Positions 41,052-51,399 are shown, counted from the first letter of the stretch. The stretch is DNA of 64,000 bases from Bauldia sp. (GCA_022841545.1 JALHRF010000004.1:1422-65421); one strand, 5' to 3'. A program made the numbers and translations. Notes: generated by a model not told the origin, from the sequence alone.

Positions 41052-44000
41052 TCAGATGACGAGAAAGTCGCCGGCGTCGAGATCGAGGCCCTTGCCGATC
41101 TTGGCAAAGATCGACGCGTCCTTGCCGCCCTTGCCGTCCTGGTCGTAGAGGAGCAGGCCTTGCTTCCGGTTGTAGATGACGTGGTCTAACTCATCCTTGG
41201 CCTTCTTGCCGAGCACGAACTCCTCCACCGCAAGCGGCCCGGGCGAGAGCTTCTTGAACACCTTGGCGTCGAGCACGATGGTGTCGATGCCGGTCTCGAA
41301 GTCCTTCACCTTGTCGAGGTTGTCCTTGAGCTTGTAGTTGAAGACGAAGCTGTCTTCGCCGACCCCGCCGGTGAGCTTGTCGTTGCCCTTGCCGCCGACC
41401 AGCCAGTCGTCGCCCTCGTCGCCGAAGAGCTTGTCGTTGCCCTTGCCGCCATCGATGCGGTCGTTGCCGCCGGCGCCGTGGAGCTTGTCGTTTCCGCCCT
41501 TGCCGGTGATCGTGTCTTCCTCGCCGGTGGCCGTCGGCTGCCCCTTGGCGGTCGTGCCGTCGTTGACGACGTCCTTCTTCTTGCTGCCCTTGATGACGAC
41601 GCCGTCCTCGTCGGTGACGGTGATCGTCAGCGTTTCGGTGTCGCTGGCCGCGCCGTCGGAGGCGCGCACCGCGACCTCGTAGACGTTGTTCCCGTCGCTG
41701 TCGCCCGGCTCCTCGAAGTCCGGCGCCGACTTGAAGGAGAGCGCGCCGGTGGACGCGTCGATCTTGAAGAGGAAGGCGTCGGCGCCGCTCGCGATCGAGA
41801 AGACCGGAGTATCGCCGTCGGCGTCCGTCGCCATGATCCCGGCGACTGCCGTGGTGTTCTCGGCCACCTTGAAGGCGCTTGCCGATGTGATCACCGGCGC
41901 GACATTCGCCGCATCGACGCCGGTGACGGTGATGGTGACGGTCTTCGCCGCCGACTGCGCGCCGTCGTTGTCGGTGGCGCGGTAAGTGAAGGCGACCTGT
42001 TCGCTCTCGCCTGAGTTCAACGCCTCGAACTCCCCGTTCGGGTCGAAGCTCCAGCTCCCGTCCTCCAGGAAGGTGAGGGCGCCCTTCGCCACATCCGAGA
42101 CCAGCGCGTGGCTGACCACGGTGCCGTCCGCGTCGGAGGTCCCGACCGTCCCGCTCACCGCCGTATTCTCGTCGGTGCCGGCGCTGCCGTCGGTCGCGAC
42201 CGGCGCGACGGTCTCCGGATCGACGCCGGTGACGGTGATGGTGACGGTCTTCACCGCCGACTGGGCGCCGTCGTTGTCGGTGGCGCGGTAGGTGAAGGTC
42301 ACCTGCTCGCTTTCGCCATCGTCCAGCGCGTCGAAGTCGCCGTCGGGGTTGAAGCTGTAGGTCCCGTCGCTGTTGAAGGTCAGATCGCCCCTGGCGACAT
42401 CGGAGACCAGCGCATAGCCCGCGATCGTGCCGTCGGCATCGGTCGCTGCCGGGACCGATCCGGAAAGGATGCTGTCCTCGCTGGTGCTGGCGCTGCCGTC
42501 GGTCGCGACCGGCGCGACATTCGCCGCATCGACGCCGGTGACCGTGATGGTGACGGTCTTGGTCTCCGAACGGGCGCCGTCGTTGTCGGTGGCGCGGTAA
42601 GTGAAGGTCACCTGTTCGTTCTCGCCGGCATCGAGATCGTCGAACTCCCCGTTCGGGTCGAAGCTCCAGCTCCCGTCCTCCAGGAAGATGAGGGACCCCT
42701 TGTCGACACCCGAGACCAGTGCGTGGCTGACCACGGTGCCGTCCGCGTCGGAGGTCCCGACCGTGCCGGAGACCGCCGTGTTCTCGTCGGTCGAGCGCGC
42801 ATCGTCCGCAGCGATGGGCGCCTCGTTGAAGCCGGTGACCGTGATGGTGACGGTCTCCGGCGCCGACTCGCCGCCGCCATTGTCGACGGCGCGATAGGTG
42901 AAGGTCACCTGCTCGCTGTCGCCATCGTCGAGCGCATCGAAGTCGCCGTCGGGGTCGAAGCGGTACGTCCCGTCACTGTTGAAGGTGAGGGTGCCCTTGG
43001 CGACATCGGTGACCAGCGCGTAGCTTTCGACTTCTCCGTCGGCATCGGTCGCCGCCGGCACCGCGCTGTTGAGGACGCTGCCCTCGCCGGTGGTCTTGCT
43101 GCTCGCCGCGGCGACGGGGAGGTCGTTCTCGGCCGTGACATGGATCGTTATCTGCGTGGAGGGGCTCTTCTCGATGTACCGGATCTGGCCGTCATGGCCG
43201 ACCGCGAGGTCCATGTCCCCGTCGCCGTCGATGTCGGCGAAGGCCGGCGCGGCGTAGCTCGAACGGCCGGTGGTGAAGCCGTTGAACGGGCTCTCGTCGT
43301 CGTAGGCGCGGACGAAGTTCGGCACGGTCGCCGTGCCGGCGTTCTCGATGTAGTAGAGCTCGCCGTCGCGCTCGCCCAGGAGGACATCGAGATCGCCGTC
43401 GCCGTCGACATCGCTGACGGCCGGGATCGACCGGTTGCCGATGTCGACGCCGTCGAACGGGTTGGCCGAACCGGAGCGCTCGGTGAAGACCGGCGCGGTC
43501 GCCGTTCCGGTATTCTCGTGGTAGTGGACCTGCCCGCCGATCGCGCCGAGGATGAGGTCGAGGTCGCCATCGCCGTCGAAGTCGCCGAACGCCGGCGCGC
43601 TGAACCGCCCGGGGTTGATGCCGTCAAAGGGATTGTCCGTCCCGGTCAGTTCGACATAGCCGGTGCCGGTGTTCTCGAAGGCATGGACCTCCCCGCCATA
43701 GGAACCGACGACCAGGTCGAGATCGCCGTCGCCGTCGATATCGGCGAAGCTCGGCGTCGCGTAGCCGCCGTCGATGCTGATCCCGTCGAAGGGGTTGTCG
43801 GCGCCGGTAAGCGCGACGAAGCCCGCGCCGGCGTTCTCGAAGGCGTGCAACCCGCTCCCGTAGACGCCGACGACGAGGTCGAGGTCGCCGTCGCCGTCGA
43901 GGTCGGCGAAGGCCGGCGCCGAATAGTCGCCGAGGTCGATGCCGGCAAACGGGTTGGCCGCGCCGGTCCGGTCGGTGAAAGGCGCCGTCGGCATGCTGGC

Positions 44001-47000
44001 GCCGGCGCCATCCGTCACCCCGATCGTCAGGGTCCGGCTCGCGGTCGGCGTGTCGGAGGTGTTGGCATAGGTGAGGTTCTGGATCAGCGCCTCGACCGCC
44101 GCCGACGTGGCGTCGGCATTGAGGGTGACGGTGAAGGTGTCGCCGTCGCCGCCGGTCGCGGTGCCGACCGCCACGCCGCCATAGGTCACGATCCCGCCGG
44201 AGAAGCCGATCTCGCCGCCGCCCGTCCCCTGATCGCGGACCGAGACGATGTCCTCGCCGAGGAGGCCGGTGACGGTCACCGTGCCGCCGTCGAAATTGCC
44301 CTCGGGATCGACGAGCACCACGTCGCTGTCGATGCGCTGCGGGGCGGCGTTCACCGTGTTCTCGGCGAAGGTGGCGCTGTTGGCGAGGTCGGTGAGCGCC
44401 GGGGCGTCGTTGACGCCGGTGACGGTGATGGTCACGGTCCGGACCGCGGAGGCGGCGCCGGCATCGTCGACGGCATGGTAGGTGAAGTTGACCTCCTCCG
44501 TCTCCCCGTCGCCGAGCGCCTCGAAGTCGCCGTCCGGATCGAAGCTGTAGAAGCCGTCCGTATCGAACACGAGCGCGCCCTTGGCGACGTCGCTGTCGAG
44601 GACGTAGCCGGCGATCGTGCCGTCGGCGTCGCTCGCCTCCGGGACCTGCCCGTTGCGGGCCGTGTCCTCGTCGGTGGTCCTCGTGCTGTTCGACGCGACC
44701 GGCGCATCGTTGTCGGCGACGACGGTGACGGCGATCTCGGAACGGGCTGCGGGGCTGTTGGCGAGGTATGTGACGCCCCCCTCGTAGGAGCCGGCCACCA
44801 GGTCGAGATCGCCGTCGCCATCCATGTCGGCGAAGGTCGGCGCGGCATAGCCGCTGGCGATGTCGACCCCGTCGAAGGGATTGGCACCGCCGGTCAGATC
44901 GCTGAAGCCGGGTGCGGTGGCGTTGCCGCCGTTCGCGAACGTGTGGAGAGTTCCGTCGAAGTCGCCCACCACGAGGTCGAGGTCGCCGTCGCCGTCGAGG
45001 TCCGCGAAGGCGGGCTTGGCATGCTCGCCAACATCGATTCCGTGGAAGGGATTGTCTGTCCCGGTGCGCTCGGTGAAGGCGGCGGCGGAGGCAGAGCCGA
45101 CGTTCTCGTAATAGTGGAGCGTCCCGTCCTTCGTGCCGATGACGAGGTCCGCGTCGCCGTCGCCGTCGATGTCGGCGAAGGCCGGCGCGCTGTAGTCCAT
45201 GCCGAGGCCGGATGTGATGCCGGCGAAGGGGCTGGAGGCGAGGGCGACCGGCGCAAAAGTCGGGTCGGTCGCGGTCCCGGTGTTCTCGAAGTAGCTGATG
45301 GGGGTGAGGAATGTGCCCACGACGAGATCGAGGTCGCCGTCGTCGTCGATGTCGATCAGCGTTGCAACCGGACTCTGGCTCGAGCCGACCAGTCCGTTGA
45401 ATGGGTTCTCCGCGCCCGTGACCTCTGCGAAGACCGCGTCGGTTGCGGTTCCGGTGTTCTCGAAGAAGCTGAGTCCCTGGCTGTTGCCCGCGATCAGATC
45501 GAGGTCGCCGTCGCCATCGACGTCGGCAAGAGTGGGGGCGGCGTAGTTGCCGAGATTGATGCCCGCGAACGGGTTGGCCGGGCCGGCGGCCTCCAGGAAG
45601 CCGGTGGTGCCGTCGTCGAGGCTGATCGAGAACGTCCGGCTCGCCGTCGGTGTGTCGGAGCCGTTGGCGTAGGTGAGGTTCTCGGCCAGCGCCTCGATGG
45701 CCTCGGCAGTCGCGCTGGCGTTGAAGATGACGGCGAAAGTCGTCCCGCTCCCACCCACGGCCGTGCCGATTGCGACGCCGCCATAGCTCACTGTGCCGCC
45801 CGAGAACCCGATCTGGCCGGCCCCTGCCCCTTCATTGCGTACCGAAACGGTGTCCTCGGAGAGGAGTCCGGAGACGGTCAGGCTGCCGCCGTCGAAGCCG
45901 CGGGGTGCGTCGGTCACTGTCACATCGGCGTCGAGAAGTTGCGGGCCGCTGTTGACGGCGCTCTCCGTGAAGATGACGCTCGCGGCGATGTCCTCGATCA
46001 CGGGTACCGTGCCCGTGACCGTGACCGTGACCGTCCCGACCGCCGACGAGGCGCCGCCATCGTCGATGGCGTGCCATGTGAAGGTGACCAGTTCCTTGTC
46101 GCCCGCGCCGAGTGCGTCGAAATCACCGTCGGGGTCGAACGTGAAGGTGCCGTCGCCGTTGAAGGTGAGCGCTCCCTTGGCGACGTCGCTATCGAGCACG
46201 TAGCTGGCGATCGTGCCGTCGAGGTCGGTGGCGGTCACGACGCCGGCGACCGGCGCGGCCTCATCAGTTTCAGCACTCCCATCCGACGCAACGGGGAGAT
46301 CGTTTTCCGCGGTGACGTTGACCGTGATGGCGTGGCCGGTGTTCTCGGCAAAGGCAATGCCGTTCCCATGGCCGACCACGGCGTCGAGGTCGCCGTCGGC
46401 GTCGAGGTCGGCAAAGGCTGGCACGGCGCGCTGGGTGTAGACCTCGCCCGGCCCCGGGCCGGTTGGCCCGTAGAAGACGCCATGGAACGGGCTGGCAGCG
46501 CCAGCCTGCGCGATAAAGGCCGCATCCGTGGCCGAGCCGGTGTTCTGGTAGTAGCGGATACCGACGAACTCGCTGCCAAGGGCGAGGTCGAGGTCGCCGT
46601 CGCCGTCGAAGTCGCCGAGCGCGGGGTTGGTCCTGCCCGTGGCCGCGATCCCGTCGAAGGGATTGTCGTCGCCGGTCCGCGCAGTGAAGGCCGGGGCCTC
46701 CGCCGAGCCGGTGTTCTCCAGGTAGTCGAGCCGCGTGAAGCCCGCGGTCACATTGCCAGCCACGAGGTCGAGGTCCCCGTCGCCATCCATGTCGGCGAAG
46801 ACCGGCGTGCTCTGGTCGCCGAAGTCGAGGCCGTCGAAGGGATTGGCCGCGCCGGTCCGCGCCGTGAAGACGGCCGCGGTGGCGGTGCCGGTGTTCTCGA
46901 AATAGGCCAGGGCCCCGCCGTTCGCCCCGACCACCGCGTCGAGATCGCCGTCGCCATCGAGATCGACCAGGGCGGGCGTGGCGTAGTTGCCGATGGCGAG

Positions 47001-49235
47001 CCCGTTGAAGGGATTCGCGGTCCCGCTCAGCTCGGTGAAAACCGGCGCGCTGTCGGTTCCGGTGTTCCGGTAGGTGTGGAGACCCGAGTTGGTGCTGCCG
47101 GTCACCAGATCGAGATCGCCGTCGCCGTCCAGATCGCCGAAGGCGACCGTGTTCCAGTCGCCGTGCTTGATGCCGTTGAAGGGGTTGGCCGTGCCGGTCT
47201 GCGCGTCGAGCACCGGCCGCGCGCCGCCGCTGGCATCGGCGATCGCGATCGCGAGCGTCCGGCTCGCGGTCGGCGTGTCCGAGCTGTTGGCGTAGGTCAG
47301 GTTTTCGACCAGCGCCTCGACGATCGCGGTCGTGACGTTCTGGTTGAACGTGACCACCAGCGCCGATCCCTGGCCGCCTGTGGCAGTGCCGATGGCCACG
47401 CCCTCGAAGGTCACGACGCCACCCGAGAAGCCGATCATGCCCGAGCCGGTGCCCTGGTCGTTGATCGACACGATGTCTTCGGCGAGGAGGCCCGACACGG
47501 TCAGCGAGCCGCCGCCGATATTGCCCTCCTTGTCGGCCACGGTGACGCTGGCGTCGAGCAGGCGCGGCGTGGCGTTGACGGTGTTCTCCGCGAACGTGAT
47601 CGCGGCAGCGAGGCCGCCGAATTCCGGCATGTCGTTGGCGCCGCTCACCGTGATGGTGACGGTCTTGGCCGCCGACGAGGCGCCGCTGTTGTCGACCGCG
47701 TGATAGGTGAACGTCACCTGCTCGCTCTCGCCATCGCCGAGCGTCTCGAACGCGTCCTCGGCGTCGTAGTTGAAGTTGCCATTATCGCGAAAGCTGACGC
47801 TGCCCTTCGCCGGGGCGCTGTCGAGGACATAGCTGGCAATCGTCCCGTCGACGTCGGTCGCGGCCGGCACGGCCGCGGTGATCGAACCGCCTTCGCCGAC
47901 CGAGAAGCTCGCGTCTTCCGCCACCGGCGCGTCGTTCTCGGTGAAGACGTTGACCTTCACCCGGTGCGTGGTGTTCTCGGCGACCGTGAAGGTCCCGGTG
48001 AAGTTGCCGATGACGAGGTCGAGATCGCTGTCGCCGTCGATGTCGGCAAGCGTCAGGACGCTGCCCGAGCCCACATCGATGCCGTTGAACGGACTGGCGG
48101 CTCCGGTCCGCTCGACGTAGCTGGGCACGGTTGCCGAGCCGGTGTTCTCGAAGTAGCTGACCGTGCCGTCGCTCTTGCCGACCACCAGGTCGAGGTCGCC
48201 GTCGCCGTCGACATCGCCGAACGCGGGCGCCGTGTAGCTGCCGGCGTTGATGCCGTCGAAGGGATTGTCGGCACCGCCCTGCTGGACGAAGACCGGCGCC
48301 GTCGCCGAGCCGGTGTTCCTGTAATGGAGGAGCGAGCCGGTGTGGGTGCCGAGCAGCATGTCCTTGTCGCCGTCGCCGTCGCCGTCGACGTCGGCGAAGG
48401 CCGGCTTGGTGAAATTGGTGGGGACGATGCCGTTGAAGGGGCTCTCGACGCCGGTCCGCTCGACGAAGACGGGGGCCGAGGCCGTGCCGGTGTTCTCGAA
48501 ATAGTTGACGTTGCCGTCGTTCTCCGTGCTGACCAGGTCGAGATCGCCGTCGCCGTCGATGTCGACCAGCGCCGGCGTGCTGCCGAGACCGACGTCGAAG
48601 CCGTTCAGCGGATTGTCGGCGCCGCTCTGCTGCACATAGACCGGCGCCGACGCTGTGCCCGTGTTCTTGAAATAGAGAAACGTGCCGTTGCTCTCGCCCG
48701 ACACCATGTCGAGATCGCCGTCGCCGTCGAGGTCGCCGAAAGCGGGAGCGGACCGGAACCCGACATCGACGCCGTCGAGCGGATTGTCGCTCCCGGTCCG
48801 CACCGCGAATTGGCCCTCCCCGCCCCCGTCGGTGAGGACGATCTTCAGCGTGCGGCTCGCCGCCGGGTTGACGTTGTTGGAATTGGCGTAGGTGAGGTTC
48901 TCGATCAGCGCCTCGACCGCGGCCGTGGTCGCGTTCGCATTGAAGGTGACGACGAACTTCGCGCCGGCGCCGCCGCCGGTCGCGGTGCCGATCGCCGTGC
49001 CGCCATAGGTGATGGTTCCGCCCGAAAGGCCGATCTGGCCCGCGCCGGTTCCCTGGTCGCGGACCGAGATGCTGTCGCCGCCGAAATGCCCGCTCACCGT
49101 CAGCGCGCCGCCGTCGAAGTCGCCTTCGGCGTCGCTGACGGTGACGTCGCTGTCGATGATCTGCGGGGCCGCGTTGACCGTGTTCTCGCCGAAGGTGACG
49201 GACGTGGTCAGGCCGGTGATCGTGGGGGCGGTCAT
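41052..49235 (-). CDS. Giant RTX-type adhesin (2727 aa): four FG-GAP modules, cadherin/VCBS-like repeats, C-terminal RTX repeats
   Basis: 20 DxDGDGDLD-type repeats; NDAPVA..VTITVTG Ig-like repeats; PDFE..D..NVYEV cadherin; GGKGNDKL nonapeptides and DFLVI T1SS-type C-terminus; GGGAGAG RBS before MTAPTITG. Confidence 0.92.
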   Translation of the reverse strand: MTAPTITGLTTSVTFGENTVNAAPQIIDSDVTVSDAEGDFDGGALTVSGHFGGDSISVRDQGTGAGQIGLSGGTITYGGTAIGTATGGGAGAKFVVTFNANATTAAVEALIENLTYANSNNVNPAASRTLKIVLTDGGGEGQFAVRTGSDNPLDGVDVGFRSAPAFGDLDGDGDLDMVSGESNGTFLYFKNTGTASAPVYVQQSGADNPLNGFDVGLGSTPALVDIDGDGDLDLVSTENDGNVNYFENTGTASAPVFVERTGVESPFNGIVPTNFTKPAFADVDGDGDGDKDMLLGTHTGSLLHYRNTGSATAPVFVQQGGADNPFDGINAGSYTAPAFGDVDGDGDLDLVVGKSDGTVSYFENTGSATVPSYVERTGAASPFNGIDVGSGSVLTLADIDGDSDLDLVIGNFTGTFTVAENTTHRVKVNVFTENDAPVAEDASFSVGEGGSITAAVPAATDVDGTIASYVLDSAPAKGSVSFRDNGNFNYDAEDAFETLGDGESEQVTFTYHAVDNSGASSAAKTVTITVSGANDMPEFGGLAAAITFAENTVNATPRLLDASVTVADKEGNIGGGSLTVSGLLAEDIVSINDQGTGSGMIGFSGGVVTFEGVAIGTATGGQGSALVVTFNQNVTTAIVEALVENLTYANSSDTPTASRTLAIAIADASGGARPVLDAQTGTANPFNGIKHGDWNTVAFGDLDGDGDLDLVTGSTNSGLHTYRNTGTDSAPVFTELSGTANPFNGLAIGNYATPALVDLDGDGDLDAVVGANGGALAYFENTGTATAAVFTARTGAANPFDGLDFGDQSTPVFADMDGDGDLDLVAGNVTAGFTRLDYLENTGSAEAPAFTARTGDDNPFDGIAATGRTNPALGDFDGDGDLDLALGSEFVGIRYYQNTGSATDAAFIAQAGAASPFHGVFYGPTGPGPGEVYTQRAVPAFADLDADGDLDAVVGHGNGIAFAENTGHAITVNVTAENDLPVASDGSAETDEAAPVAGVVTATDLDGTIASYVLDSDVAKGALTFNGDGTFTFDPDGDFDALGAGDKELVTFTWHAIDDGGASSAVGTVTVTVTGTVPVIEDIAASVIFTESAVNSGPQLLDADVTVTDAPRGFDGGSLTVSGLLSEDTVSVRNEGAGAGQIGFSGGTVSYGGVAIGTAVGGSGTTFAVIFNASATAEAIEALAENLTYANGSDTPTASRTFSISLDDGTTGFLEAAGPANPFAGINLGNYAAPTLADVDGDGDLDLIAGNSQGLSFFENTGTATDAVFAEVTGAENPFNGLVGSSQSPVATLIDIDDDGDLDLVVGTFLTPISYFENTGTATDPTFAPVALASSPFAGITSGLGMDYSAPAFADIDGDGDADLVIGTKDGTLHYYENVGSASAAAFTERTGTDNPFHGIDVGEHAKPAFADLDGDGDLDLVVGDFDGTLHTFANGGNATAPGFSDLTGGANPFDGVDIASGYAAPTFADMDGDGDLDLVAGSYEGGVTYLANSPAARSEIAVTVVADNDAPVASNSTRTTDEDTARNGQVPEASDADGTIAGYVLDSDVAKGALVFDTDGFYSFDPDGDFEALGDGETEEVNFTYHAVDDAGAASAVRTVTITVTGVNDAPALTDLANSATFAENTVNAAPQRIDSDVVLVDPEGNFDGGTVTVTGLLGEDIVSVRDQGTGGGEIGFSGGIVTYGGVAVGTATGGDGDTFTVTLNADATSAAVEALIQNLTYANTSDTPTASRTLTIGVTDGAGASMPTAPFTDRTGAANPFAGIDLGDYSAPAFADLDGDGDLDLVVGVYGSGLHAFENAGAGFVALTGADNPFDGISIDGGYATPSFADIDGDGDLDLVVGSYGGEVHAFENTGTGYVELTGTDNPFDGINPGRFSAPAFGDFDGDGDLDLILGAIGGQVHYHENTGTATAPVFTERSGSANPFDGVDIGNRSIPAVSDVDGDGDLDVLLGERDGELYYIENAGTATVPNFVRAYDDESPFNGFTTGRSSYAAPAFADIDGDGDMDLAVGHDGQIRYIEKSPSTQITIHVTAENDLPVAAASSKTTGEGSVLNSAVPAATDADGEVESYALVTDVAKGTLTFNSDGTYRFDPDGDFDALDDGDSEQVTFTYRAVDNGGGESAPETVTITVTGFNEAPIAADDARSTDENTAVSGTVGTSDADGTVVSHALVSGVDKGSLIFLEDGSWSFDPNGEFDDLDAGENEQVTFTYRATDNDGARSETKTVTITVTGVDAANVAPVATDGSASTSEDSILSGSVPAATDADGTIAGYALVSDVARGDLTFNSDGTYSFNPDGDFDALDDGESEQVTFTYRATDNDGAQSAVKTVTITVTGVDPETVAPVATDGSAGTDENTAVSGTVGTSDADGTVVSHALVSDVAKGALTFLEDGSWSFDPNGEFEALNSGESEQVAFTYRATDNDGAQSAAKTVTITVTGVDAANVAPVITSASAFKVAENTTAVAGIMATDADGDTPVFSIASGADAFLFKIDASTGALSFKSAPDFEEPGDSDGNNVYEVAVRASDGAASDTETLTITVTDEDGVVIKGSKKKDVVNDGTTAKGQPTATGEEDTITGKGGNDKLHGAGGNDRIDGGKGNDKLFGDEGDDWLVGGKGNDKLTGGVGEDSFVFNYKLKDNLDKVKDFETGIDTIVLDAKVFKKLSPGPLAVEEFVLGKKAKDELDHVIYNRKQGLLLYDQDGKGGKDASIFAKIGKGLDLDAGDFLVI

Positions 49236-49484
49236 CTTCGTCTCTCCCTGGGATTGGCGTCCGTTGCTCGACGGTCGCGCCTGTCGCTCTCCGGGGGAGA
49301 GATTCGGCCTCCGCCGTTTCAGGGGGATTTCGGGAATGGGCGAGAAGTGTTTCTTCTGTGTCGCCGGCCGCCGCGGCGGAAACGATTGAAACACTCAGGT
49401 TTCAGCCTGAGGTCCATACTGAAATGTACTTGCCGAAATGGAGCTGCCTCGCCAGTTCGCCTCGTGCCGACGCCCCCCCCAGCT

Positions 49485-49514
49485 CCGCTCATCCCCGCGC
49501 AAGCAGGGATGCAG
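49485..49514. repeat. Degenerate REP-like half element
   Basis: CCGCTCATCCCCGCGCAAGCAGGGATGCAG resembles the 39321 repeat. Confidence 0.55.
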
Positions 49515-49736
49515 GTTGTTTCTGTTCCGACGTTGGCTTGGTGAAAGCTGGTTCTCCCGCCTGGACCGCGAGCGGAACTTGGCCGGGGCCGAGATGAGGC
49601 GAGGCCGTGCCTGAAAACTCAGCCTTGGCCGCCCTCCGCAATTCTGACAGTATCCGCGACAATCCGAGGGAATGTTTTCACGGCGACGCAATTCTTTGTC
49701 CGTAGGACTCCGTCTCATGGCTGGGGATCGACGACG

Positions 49737-50822
49737 ATGACGCGGCGGGAAGCGGCGTTCGCTGCGATGTTGATTGCTGCGGCGCTCGCCCTCGGCGCAG
49801 CGCCGGCGCGAAGCGAGGGCATCCTCCTCCTCTACGACTGGACCAGCTACTACCCGCCCGACCTCCTCGCCCGCTTCGAGGCGGAGCACGACATCGACGT
49901 CATTGTCGATCACTACGAGAGCAACGAAGCCCTGCTCGAGGAAGTGCGACTGGGGGGCCGCTACGATGTGATCGTGCCGACCGACTACATGGCCAGGATC
50001 ATGATCGACGAGGGCCTGCTCCGCGAGCTCGACGCGCCGGACCTGCCGAACTTCAGGCACGTCAAGGCGCCCTTCGATCGCCCCTGGTTCGACCCCGAGC
50101 GCCGCTACACCGCACCCTATCTCTGGGGAACCGGTGGCTTCCTCTATGACAGCCGCCAGGTCGAAGGCGGCCGCCTCAATGAGAGCTGGGGGGAGTTCTT
50201 CCGTCCGCGACCGGAACTCAACGGCAAGGTGACGGCCCTCAACTACCAGCGCGACCTTTACACCGCCGCCGCCTTTTACCTCGACGTCGATCCCTGCACC
50301 GAAGACGTCGGCGAGGCGCAGGAGATTCTCGACCTGCTCCTGGAGCAGAAGCCTAAGCTCGCCTGGTACGCGTCCTATAGCAGCGCCCCGGATCCCTACC
50401 CGCCTGCCGTCGACCAGGTGAACCGCGGCGAGATTGCCCTGTTCCAGTATTGGGATGGTGGCGGACGCCGTTTCCGGCGCGACGTTCCGACCGCGGTCTT
50501 CGTCATTCCGGAGGAGGGCAGCCTGTTCTCGCAGGACAGCTACGCGATCCCGCGCCAGGCGCCCAATCCCGAGAACGCCCGCACCTTCATCAACTTCATG
50601 ATGGACCCGAAAAACGCCGCCGAGGCCAGCGCCTTCACCGGCTACACCAACGCCATCGCCGGCTCGGAAGCCTTCCTGGCGGGATCGCTCGCCGAGGATC
50701 AGGCCCGCGTCATCACCCCGGAACTGTTGGAGCGCCTTCGGTTCGTCGAACAATGCCCGGATCGCGCCATCGAGATGCGCGAGCGGGTATGGACCCGCCT
50801 CTGGCCGCGCACGGTCAAGTGA
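49737..50822 (+). CDS. Polyamine ABC transporter binding protein (PotD/PotF-like), orphan
   Basis: Signal peptide; W..Y, YESNE, YDVIVPTDY, PYLWGT, IPEEG..D..AIP, FINFMMDP. Confidence 0.88.
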   Translation: MTRREAAFAAMLIAAALALGAAPARSEGILLLYDWTSYYPPDLLARFEAEHDIDVIVDHYESNEALLEEVRLGGRYDVIVPTDYMARIMIDEGLLRELDAPDLPNFRHVKAPFDRPWFDPERRYTAPYLWGTGGFLYDSRQVEGGRLNESWGEFFRPRPELNGKVTALNYQRDLYTAAAFYLDVDPCTEDVGEAQEILDLLLEQKPKLAWYASYSSAPDPYPPAVDQVNRGEIALFQYWDGGGRRFRRDVPTAVFVIPEEGSLFSQDSYAIPRQAPNPENARTFINFMMDPKNAAEASAFTGYTNAIAGSEAFLAGSLAEDQARVITPELLERLRFVEQCPDRAIEMRERVWTRLWPRTVK

Positions 50823-50856
50823 CGATGCGGACGCGCATCCACCGCTAAACCGCCCT

Positions 50857-50874
50857 CGTTCATCATAGTGTCAA
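50857..50874 (+). promoter_or_regulatory. Putative PHO box upstream of phnG
   Basis: CGTTCAT-CATA-GTGTCAA, two CTGTCAT-like half sites at 11-bp period. Confidence 0.55.
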
Positions 50875-50931
50875 GAAGCGGTTGCTAGGGGTTCGCCAGG
50901 ACGAATCCCGGATGAACCGCCTCCCGCGCCG

Positions 50932-51399
50932 ATGACGACGACGACTGACGTCCCTGCCGCCGAAGACAGGCGCGCTGCGCTCGCGGTGCTCGCCGCGGCC
51001 CGTGCCGACGAACTGGCGGCAGGCTTGGACGCCGTCCCCGATGCGCCGGCCTTCGAAACCCTTCGCGCCCCCGAGCCCGGCCTGGTCATGGCCCGCGGCC
51101 GGATCGGCGGAGGCGGCGCGCCCTTCAATCTCGGCGAGGTCGCGATCACGCGCGCGGTGGTCCGGATCGACAGCGGCGAGGTCGGTTTTGGCCATGTGCT
51201 CGGCCGCGACACCGCGCGTGCGCTGATGGTCGCGAGGCTCGATGCCCTCTGGCAGGCCCCTCGCTATCGCGCGGTCGTCGAGTCGACCGTGATCGCGCCG
51301 GTGCGCCGGCGCGTTGCCGCCGAGGATGACGCGACGCGTCAGAAGACCGCCGCAACCCGGGTCAACTTCTTCACCCTCGTCCGCGGAGAGGACAGGTGA
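50932..51399 (+). CDS. phnG: C-P lyase system protein PhnG
   Basis: LRAPEPGLVMARGRIGG..PFNLGE..TR; TAATRVNFFTLVRGED. Confidence 0.95.
   Translation: MTTTTDVPAAEDRRAALAVLAAARADELAAGLDAVPDAPAFETLRAPEPGLVMARGRIGGGGAPFNLGEVAITRAVVRIDSGEVGFGHVLGRDTARALMVARLDALWQAPRYRAVVESTVIAPVRRRVAAEDDATRQKTAATRVNFFTLVRGEDR

Noticed and set aside
42108-49544. 2478-aa ORF antisense to the adhesin
   Set aside because: Shadow frame caused by GC-rich codon bias and repeats in the real minus-strand gene; no domain signatures
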